This document shows, piece by piece, positions 60,101 to 64,000 of a stretch of 64,000 bases of DNA (position 1 is the stretch's first letter; each line of letters starts with the position of its first letter). The notes under the pieces are model-generated. The model saw only the letters and a program-made list of their open reading frames with translations. It searched no databases and was not told the origin of the DNA. The DNA comes from Sphyrna mokarran (taxonomy: Eukaryota). The stretch lies in NCBI GenBank assembly GCA_024679065.1, contig JAGIQG010000019.1:16058001-16122000 (forward strand), given 5' to 3'. The position numbers were made by a program, and so were the translations under genes.

Positions 60101-62595
60101 CAGCACCTCCTCAAGAGCAAGAACATCCTTCCTCAGAAAAGGAGACCAAAACTGCACACAGTATTCTAGGAATGGCTTCACCAAGGCCTGTATAATTGCA
60201 ACAACACATCCCTGCTCTTGTACTCAAAATTCGTCTTCCTTGTATGGCCTGCCAGGCCAGTAAATCAACGTTGATTTTGGCCAGATTTAGTAAGAGGCTG
60301 GGCTGTGAGCTTAGCCATCATTGCTGACATGTCCATGTGCAAAGGGCAGAGGATGGGATACACATCACTCTGTGGTGCCTGCAGTGTGAGGGACAAATGT
60401 TTGTAAACAAGAAGGGCTTCCATTCACTAAACATGCAGTTAATATGTGACTACAGACTAATCATTGTGCAGGTGTGTGCATGGCAGCCAGCAAGTGTCTA
60501 TGACAGTCATGCTCTGAGTTGTTTGCAAGAAGTCTCACAACACCAGGTTAAAGCCCAACAAGTTTATTTGATAGCACAAACCACTAGCTTTCAGAGCGCT
60601 GTCCCTTCATTAGATGAGGGGGAGTTCTTTTCTCAAACAGGCCATATAAAGACACAAACTCAATTTACAAAATAGTGGTTGGAATGCGAGTCTTTATAGG
60701 TAATCAAGGACGGTCACCTCAGCACTTGATTGTATGCAAGCCCATGGATAACCTCACAATGCTCCACTTCTTCAGCTTCCATGCTAAACATGTTAAAGAA
60801 GCCATCGTCTATGGACAAGCTCTCTGTATGTACAGGATCTGCTAAGATGAGGAGGATTGCAACAGAACATAAGAACATGGAGCAGGTCATTCAGCCCCTC
60901 GAGCCTGCCCCGCCATTCAAGAAAATCATGGCTTATCTGCAGTGGTTCAATAACCCTTCCCCGTTTTCTCCCTATAACCCTTAATTCCCTTATCAATCAA
61001 AAACCTATCCACTCTTGACTTAAATATATTCAGCATCTCCAGATGTGGAAAGATGCCTTCATAAGATCGGGATATGACACACGACCAACAGTTCCAATGC
61101 GCCATAGCAAAAATCCGCACTGACCTCCTCAGAAGACGAACATGATACACAGCAGACAGAGTACCTTTTGTCATCCATTACTTCCCCGGAGTGGAGAAGG
61201 TATGACATATTCTCCAGAGCATTCAACATGTCATTGATGAAGGCGAACATCTTGCCAACTTCATCCCCACAGCCCTATTTCTTGCCTTCAAACAACTGCA
61301 CAACCTCAAACAGTCCATCGTCCGCAGCAAATTACCCAGCCTTCAGGAGAACAGTGATCACGACACTACACAACCCTGCCACAGCAACCTTTGAAGGATC
61401 ATTAACATGGATGCCATCATCTCACGTGAGAACACCATCCACCAGGTATACAGTCCATACACTTGCAACTCAGCCAATGTTGTTTACCTGATACGCTGCA
61501 GGGAAAGATGTCCTGAGACATGGTAAATTGGGGAGATCACGCAGACGTTATGACAATGGCTGAATGAACGCCGCTCAACAATCATCAGGGAGGAATGTTC
61601 TCTTCCTGTTGGGGAACATTTCACTGGTCACGGGCACTCAGCCTCTGACCTTCGGGTAAGTGTTCGCTGAGGCGGCCTTCATGACACGTGACAATGCAGA
61701 ATCGCTGAGCAGAAACTGATAACCAAGTTCTGCACACGTGAAGATGGCCTCAATTGGCATCTTGCATTTATGTCATGCTATCTGTAACCCTCACGACTTG
61801 CCTGGGCAACCAAGAGCACAGTGTGAAAGGCATCAGAGAGACCAATGCACTCTGTGTGAAAGGCAGCACTGAGGCCAGTGCTCTGTGTGAAAGACAGCAG
61901 TGAGAGTATGAGATGACAATAACTTCAATGCTGGGAGAAAATAACTCCTTAAAACAGATAAAAGCTAAGTGCATGTTATGGAGAAATTGATGTAATACTA
62001 TTCCGAAATGCAACTTTTTCAGGGGGAAATTTGAAAACACAGTTTATTGTTTGACGATTAATTATTTTTAGGAACCTTTAATAATTAACTTTTACAAACA
62101 AACAACATTTCAAACTTGTTGAAATTTATCGTTGTATTTACTGAGACCAGGTCAATGATATTGTTATTCCTTCAGGTAACATACTTGAGGAACTGTTCAG
62201 AAGAGAAACCTCAGAATTGGAGTGAGGGAATTATTGCTGATCTGCGAGATAGTTTATGGATCATGTTTGATCCTCACTGACGTGTACCCAATTCCTAGTT
62301 AAAAATTTGACTAAGATATTTACAATTTAAACATTTTCTTGGAAATGAATTGCAGTAGTAGTGAATAAATACTCTGTCCAAATTTCTTTGCTGTTTAGGG
62401 CCAACAATAACTGCAAGAACTGGAAGGCCAACGACTTCAGAGACCACCATCAGTGGTGAGTGCTGGTTTTATCGTACTCACCATTCAATTCATTTGTATT
62501 CTTCACTGATATTGTTTGATATTATCTTTGCTCGCTAGGGCCAATGGCAATGTCTGTGACAGGTGTACTTCCTGTTTCTGAGAGCAGAATTACTG
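69..62595 (+). CDS. Internal portion of a giant mucin-like (PTS-rich) gene encoded by ~76 intact symmetric microexons; both ends lie outside the window or were not recognised
   Basis: 87 copies of 57-nt blocks (four of 48 nt, one of 51 nt), most flanked by pyrimidine-rich AG and GTGAG/GTAAG, all phase 1-1 (G|GN). They are open in one frame, translate to Thr/Pro/Ser/Gly-rich 19-mers, and are visibly more conserved than the spacers. Confidence 0.88.
215..271 (+). pseudogene. Type B exon with broken acceptor
   Basis: ccctgg| instead of ccctag|. Confidence 0.7.
1720..1922 (+). CDS. Exon pair C 1720-1776 + D 1866-1922
   Basis: AG/GT intact, 89-nt intron; GPTPFSGTGRPTTSETTIS / GPIAMTSSGVPTVPETAIT. 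Confidence 0.8.
2012..2068 (+). pseudogene. Representative type E pseudo-exon (recurs after most D exons)
   Basis: 89 nt after D, 57 nt, reads GPASIRMIVNPIVSETKSN but is flanked by TG| and |AT. Confidence 0.65.
2431..2633 (+). CDS. Exon pair A 2431-2487 + B 2577-2633
   Basis: AG/GT intact; GPTRTAGTGGPTTSETTVS / VPMAMTATGTLPVSESRVT. Confidence 0.8.
3911..4329 (-). repeat. Inverted copy of array intron sequence (E pseudo-exon plus pre-A intron)
   Basis: Reverse complement of the normal D-to-A spacer; 4249-4329 is an exact reverse complement of 4827-4907. Confidence 0.9.
4547..4603 (+). CDS. Exon type C
   Basis: AG/GT intact; GTTPFTGTGRPTTLRTAVS. Confidence 0.6.
4674..4730 (+). pseudogene. 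Type D exon with in-frame TGA
   Basis: ag|GG TGA ACA; upstream intron shortened to 70 nt with loss of the pyrimidine tract. Confidence 0.7.
5099..5315 (-). mobile_element. 5'-truncated HE1/V-SINE-like SINE
   Basis: Minus strand reads tgggtttcctctgggtgctccggtttcctcccaca..aaagatgtgcgggttagg (V-domain-like core) with a CR1-type tail; interrupts the array intron. Confidence 0.8.
5959..6161 (+). CDS. Exon pair C 5959-6015 + D 6105-6161
   Basis: AG/GT intact; GPTPFTGTGRPTTSETTVS / GPTAMAPSGVPSIPKTTIT. Confidence 0.8.
6520..6721 (+). CDS. Exon pair C 6520-6576 + D 6665-6721
   Basis: AG/GT intact; GPTPFIGTGRPTTSETTVS / GPTAMTPSGVPTVPKTGIT. Confidence 0.8.
7224..7414 (+). CDS. Exon pair A (48 nt) 7224-7271 + B 7358-7414
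   Basis: In-frame 9-nt deletion in A; GPTRAGGPTTSETTIS / GPMGMTVTGTLPVSESRIT. Confidence 0.8.
8941..9143 (+). CDS. Exon pair C 8941-8997 + D 9087-9143
   Basis: GPTPFRRIGRPTTSETTVT / GPTAKTSSGAPIVPETAIT. Confidence 0.8.
9629..9831 (+). CDS. Exon pair A 9629-9685 + B 9775-9831
   Basis: GPTRIAGSEGPITSETTVM / GPVAMTVTGTLPISESRIT. Confidence 0.8.
11666..11860 (+). CDS. Exon pair C (51 nt) 11666-11716 + D 11804-11860
   Basis: In-frame 6-nt deletion in C; GPFIGTKRPTTSETTIS / GPTAMIPSGVPTVPETAIT. Confidence 0.78.
12353..12409 (+). CDS. Exon type A
   Basis: AG/GT intact; GPTRTAGTRGATTSETTVI. Confidence 0.75.
12499..12555 (+). pseudogene. Type B exon with broken donor
   Basis: |atgag instead of |gtgag. 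Confidence 0.7.
12642..13422 (-). mobile_element. 5'-truncated CR1-clade LINE (ORF2 C-terminus and 3' tail)
   Basis: ORF 12715-13281 has LYKTLVRPHLEYCVQFWSP..LERRLRGDLIEAYK..FFTQRVVRAWNALP; (ttctatg)n tail; 7-bp target-site duplication gttacat at 12635-12641 and 13423-13429. Confidence 0.95.
14812..15014 (+). CDS. Exon pair C 14812-14868 + D 14958-15014
   Basis: GPTPFTGTGKPTTAETTVS / GPTAMTPSGVPTVPVTAIT. Confidence 0.8.
15152..16713. mobile_element. Non-autonomous TIR DNA transposon (probably PIF/Harbinger), inserted in an E pseudo-exon
   Basis: Ends aggcctgattttacca ... tggtaaaatcgggctc; C-rich interior; related to and opposite in orientation to the copies at 48739 and 52525; target-site duplication unclear. 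Confidence 0.75.
16008..16332 (-). mobile_element. Penelope-like 3' fragment nested in the TIR element
   Basis: cacaacaccagtttaaagtccaaacaggtttatttg matches the Penelope-like terminus at 60527; boundaries approximate. Confidence 0.6.
17082..17138 (+). CDS. Exon type A
   Basis: GPTTTARTGGPITLETTIS. Confidence 0.75.
17228..17284 (+). pseudogene. Type B exon with broken acceptor
   Basis: ccctgg|cgcc, whereas the paralogues at 28363 and 39505 have ccctag|. Confidence 0.65.
18310..18366 (+). pseudogene. Orphan type D exon with broken acceptor
   Basis: ccttgg|; partner C exon deleted. Confidence 0.7.
18722..18924 (+). CDS. Exon pair C 18722-18778 + D 18868-18924
   Basis: AG/GT intact, open. Confidence 0.8.
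19415..19607 (+). CDS. Exon pair A (48 nt) 19415-19462 + B 19551-19607
   Basis: GPTGTGGPTTSETTIS / GPMGMTVTGTLPVSESRIT. Confidence 0.8.
21225..21426 (+). CDS. Exon pair A 21225-21281 + B 21370-21426
   Basis: GPRRTARTGGPTTSETTIS / GPMGMTVTGTLPVSESRIT. Confidence 0.8.
21516..21572 (+). pseudogene. Representative type F pseudo-exon (recurs after most B exons)
   Basis: 89 nt after B, 57 nt, reads GAAPGNRTVTQIISEPVIN, flanked by TG| and |AT. Confidence 0.6.
22951..23153 (+). CDS. Exon pair C 22951-23007 + D 23097-23153
   Basis: GPTPFRGIGRPTTSETTVT / GPTAKTSSGAPIVPETAIT. Confidence 0.8.
23652..23853 (+). CDS. Exon pair A 23652-23707 (indel-ridden, probably sequencing error) + B 23797-23853
   Basis: A is 56 nt with scattered 1-nt indels relative to 34796/45942; B is intact, GPVAMTVTGTLPVSVSKIT. 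Confidence 0.6.
25686..25888 (+). CDS. Exon pair C 25686-25742 + D 25832-25888
   Basis: GPTPFTGTGRPTTSATTVS / GPTAMTPSGVPTVSEIAIT. Confidence 0.8.
26366..26579 (+). CDS. Exon pair A 26366-26422 + B 26523-26579
   Basis: GPTITVGTGGPTTSETTVS / GPMGMTVTGTLPVSESRIT. Confidence 0.8.
28217..28419 (+). CDS. Exon pair A 28217-28273 + B 28363-28419
   Basis: GPTTTARTGGPITLETTIS / APVPMTMTGMFPVSASRIT. Confidence 0.78.
29445..29501 (+). pseudogene. Orphan type D exon with broken acceptor
   Basis: ccttgg|; copy of 18310. Confidence 0.7.
29857..30059 (+). CDS. Exon pair C 29857-29913 + D 30003-30059
   Basis: AG/GT intact, open. Confidence 0.8.
30563..30755 (+). CDS. Exon pair A (48 nt) 30563-30610 + B 30699-30755
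   Basis: AG/GT intact, open. Confidence 0.8.
32372..32573 (+). CDS. Exon pair A 32372-32428 + B 32517-32573
   Basis: AG/GT intact, open. Confidence 0.8.
34098..34300 (+). CDS. Exon pair C 34098-34154 + D 34244-34300
   Basis: AG/GT intact, open. Confidence 0.8.
34796..34998 (+). CDS. Exon pair A 34796-34852 + B 34942-34998
   Basis: APTRTAGTEGPITSETTVM / GPVAMTVTGTLPVSVSKIT. Confidence 0.8.
36831..37033 (+). CDS. Exon pair C 36831-36887 + D 36977-37033
   Basis: AG/GT intact, open. Confidence 0.8.
37511..37724 (+). CDS. Exon pair A 37511-37567 + B 37668-37724
   Basis: AG/GT intact, open. Confidence 0.8.
39359..39561 (+). CDS. Exon pair A 39359-39415 + B 39505-39561
   Basis: GPTTTARTGGPITSETTIS / APVPMTMTGMFPVSASRIT. 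Confidence 0.78.
40587..40643 (+). pseudogene. Orphan type D exon with broken acceptor
   Basis: ccttgg|; copy of 18310. Confidence 0.7.
40999..41201 (+). CDS. Exon pair C 40999-41055 + D 41145-41201
   Basis: AG/GT intact, open. Confidence 0.8.
41705..41897 (+). CDS. Exon pair A (48 nt) 41705-41752 + B 41841-41897
   Basis: AG/GT intact, open. Confidence 0.8.
43514..43715 (+). CDS. Exon pair A 43514-43570 + B 43659-43715
   Basis: GPARTAGTGGPTTSETTIS / GPMGMTVTGTLPVSESRIT. Confidence 0.8.
45244..45446 (+). CDS. Exon pair C 45244-45300 + D 45390-45446
   Basis: AG/GT intact, open. Confidence 0.8.
45942..45998 (+). CDS. Exon type A (partner B at ~46091-46158 is garbled)
   Basis: GPTRTAGTEGPITSETTVM. 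Confidence 0.78.
47539..47729 (+). CDS. Exon pair C 47539-47595 + D 47673-47729
   Basis: GPTLMAGTGRPTITETTVS / GPTAMTASGVPTVPKTAIT. Confidence 0.78.
48739..49581. mobile_element. Non-autonomous PIF/Harbinger-like TIR element
   Basis: gggctcgattttacca ... tgataaaatagggcgc; 3-bp target-site duplication ata. Confidence 0.8.
50057..50261 (+). CDS. Exon pair A 50057-50113 + B 50205-50261
   Basis: GPARTAGTGGLTTSETTVS / GPTAMTVTGTLPVSESRIT. Confidence 0.8.
51176..51366 (-). mobile_element. Short CR1-type LINE/SINE 3' end
   Basis: agaacatagaacaatacagc..caggccctttggccc resembles the tail at 12642. Confidence 0.7.
51829..52031 (+). CDS. Exon pair A 51829-51885 + B 51975-52031
   Basis: GPTTPAGTGGPTTSETTIS / GPTAMTVTGTLSISESRIT. 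Confidence 0.8.
52160..52240 (-). mobile_element. Penelope-like terminal fragment
   Basis: tctcacgacacctggttaaagtccataaggtttatttg, same motif as at 16008 and 60527. Confidence 0.55.
52525..53519. mobile_element. Non-autonomous PIF/Harbinger-like TIR element
   Basis: gggcctgattttacca ... gataaaatcaggtcc; 3-bp target-site duplication cat; G-rich interior. Confidence 0.8.
53774..53976 (+). CDS. Exon pair C 53774-53830 + D 53920-53976
   Basis: GPTPFTGTGRPTTSETTVT / GPTVMTPSGVPAIPETAIT (D donor gtgtgt). Confidence 0.78.
55475..55677 (+). CDS. Exon pair A 55475-55531 + B 55621-55677
   Basis: GPTRTAGTGGPTTSETTIS / GPTAMTVTGTLPVSESRIT. Confidence 0.8.
56997..57053 (+). CDS. Exon type A
   Basis: GPTITAGTGGPTTSETTIS. 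Confidence 0.78.
57143..57200 (+). pseudogene. Frameshifted type B exon (58 nt, TGA); possible 24-nt in-frame form 57143-57166
   Basis: 1-nt insertion gives tct TGA; an internal CAG|GTAAGC donor lies upstream of the lesion. Confidence 0.6.
58072..58128 (+). CDS. Exon type C
   Basis: GLTPITGIGRPTTSKTTVT. Confidence 0.7.
58219..58275 (+). pseudogene. Type D exon with broken donor
   Basis: |atgtac in place of |gtgag. Confidence 0.7.
59145..59197. repeat. Compound microsatellite (tcta/tctg/tc)
   Basis: tatctatctatctctctgtttctgtctgtctgtctgtgtgtctctctc. Confidence 0.8.
59395..60525 (+). mobile_element. Decayed Harbinger/HARBI1-like DDE transposase, split by a CR1 insertion
   Basis: SLPVKVKVMGALNFDITGYFQALSGD (ORF 59395) and DGIHITL..FVNKKGFHSLNMQLICD..PASVYDSHAL (ORF 60337) match DDE_Tnp_4 motifs (DGTHI, NRKGFHSLN.Q, PGS.HDS). 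Confidence 0.8.
59631..60228 (-). mobile_element. CR1-clade LINE 3' fragment
   Basis: catagaaacatagaaa tail; minus strand reads LEYCVQFWSP (ggagaccaaaactgcacacagtattctag). Confidence 0.85.
60527..61810 (+). mobile_element. Decayed Penelope-like element (RT C-terminus and GIY-YIG) with an inverted terminal piece at 60527-60710
   Basis: From ~61440 reads HQVYSPYTCNSANVVYLIRCRERCPETW*IGEITQTL, a GIY-YIG-type signature; contains stops and frameshifts. Confidence 0.8.
60864..61046 (-). mobile_element. CR1-type 3' tail nested in the Penelope-like element
   Basis: agaacataagaacatggagcaggtcattcagcccctcgagcctgccccgccattc; minus ORF reads FKSRVDRFLIDKGIKGY. Confidence 0.75.
62399..62595 (+). CDS. Exon pair A 62399-62455 + B 62539-62595
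   Basis: GPTITARTGRPTTSETTIS / GPMAMSVTGVLPVSESRIT. Confidence 0.8.
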
Positions 62596-64000
62596 GTGAG
62601 CAGAGCTTCTCTCATGTTATAAGCTGTTGTTAGTGTTGTGCTATTTGTGATTTTTAACTCTTCAGTTTATCTGTGGTTATATTGGATTACACCAGCTGCA
62701 GGACATTCGCTCAGATTGTTAATCACAGTTTCAGAAACGTTGATTGAATGTATTCTCAGTGTCATACGATTTTTTTGTGCTGCCAAGCTGATCCTGCTAA
62801 GGGATATCTTGTTGGTGCATCATTGCAGTTCACTGTATTTCAGTTCATTCAGATTGAAGGTACTGTATTTCAGTCTATTCGGATGGAAGGGTATCAATGT
62901 GTACCAGTTGAGTTGTTCCATAATGCTTTAAGTAATCATCTTTTTGGTTGAATGTGTTATTTCTCCTTTGTATTGATAATGTTTTCTGTTGGGAAAATGG
63001 TCAAGGGATGAAGTTAGTGAATGTTTTGTTTAAGCATTTGTACACTTTTACTTCTCAGTTCAGGAACTGTGAGTCCAAGAATGATGGCGTCTTACTTGCC
63101 TCACTGCTAATTGATGCAAATTTTGTTGAGACTGAAAAGCTTTTCACTGAACAGAAATTGGAATAGTAAATACTACCTGAAATAGCAGATGTCTGATATT
63201 AACAATTGTAAATTTTAGAAGAGTTTGATGTAATTGCATAAGATTATTGATTATGTCAGCTGCCCGTCTTGTCCCTATTGTTACATTGAGAGGATGAATA
63301 GCAACATATTTGAATTTAGAAATAAGGTAATAAAGAAGACTGTCCAACCTGTAATGGGCAATGGAAAATCCTGGTTTTGACAAGCTGTATTTTTGTTTTG
63401 GAAGCGTGTGTTAAAATTTAAAATTTGATGTGTATTTGTATTTCTATTGGGAAATTGGGCTACTGATAGTAATTAGCAAATCTATTATTTCCATTTGTTT
63501 ACAATTTTAGTTCCCAACATTGAAAACTTTGAGCGTAACCTTGTTGGTGTTTGAATTGCCTTCATTGCGCATTGATGCATATTTATGGTGAGATTGATAG
63601 AACTTCTCATTGAAGAGATATTTGAAAAGTGAACATTAGCTGAGAAAGAATATGTCTGGCATTTTCAATTGAATGTCCAGGTGAAGGTGGTGGTATTGAA
63701 TAAATTTGCTGTTTATAATGCACCCTACCTCATGTGTCACTTTGCCTGTTTTGAGTGAAATATTAGCAAAATCTTTAAATTAAAGTCAGATGCTGATAGG
63801 AAAGTCAATCCTAAACCTATTGAGTGATGGAGATTGGAGTTGAATGTATATAAGTTTTGGTAACATATATTGAAGTTTAAAGTCTGTTTATTTGAATCTT
63901 GCCTTTGCATTTTCAAGACTTAAGAAATTGCTGCTATTCATTTTAGAAGCTATATCCCTTTATTTGCATGAATGATGGGTAAGACAACTGGTTATTTAAG

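Noticed and set aside
59395-60675. Domesticated HARBI1 gene
   Set aside because: Catalytic motifs are degenerate and the reading frame is broken by a CR1 insertion and stops.
69-62595. CRISPR array or non-coding satellite interpretation of the regularly spaced short repeats
   Set aside because: The spacers are themselves repeated, there are no cas genes, vertebrate retroelements are present, and the conserved blocks have splice sites and keep frame.
69-62595. Assigning a symbol such as MUC19, MUC2 or MUC5, or calling it a collagen or antifreeze glycoprotein
   Set aside because: No diagnostic domain exons are in the window. The units are 57 nt without Gly-X-Y or Thr-Ala-Ala periodicity.

Overview
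Eukaryotic, AT-rich DNA, most likely from a cartilaginous fish. That assignment is inferred from the HE1/V-SINE-like, CR1, Penelope-like and Harbinger repeats. The ORF track misses the main content. The whole window is the interior of one + strand gene built from a very large array of symmetric phase 1-1 microexons, normally 57 nt (19 aa), bounded by (Y)nAG and GTGAG. I count 87 exon copies of four types: A GPTRTAGTGGPTTSETTIS, B GPMGMTVTGTLPVSESRIT, C GPTPFTGTGRPTTSETTVS and D GPTAMTPSGVPTVPETAIT. Of these, 76 are intact and would encode about 1,430 aa of Cys-free, Thr/Pro/Ser/Gly-rich mucin-like polypeptide. Two further types (E, F) survive only as dead pseudo-exons. The array is hierarchical: a 146-bp exon+intron monomer, exon triplets, a ~2.36-kb A-B/C-D unit, and a near-identical ~11.14-kb higher-order repeat present ~2.6 times. 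Transposon insertions, an inversion and templated insertions leave the intact exons untouched. No start, stop or globular-domain exons are visible, so the gene cannot be named. All counts and coordinates were made by eye.
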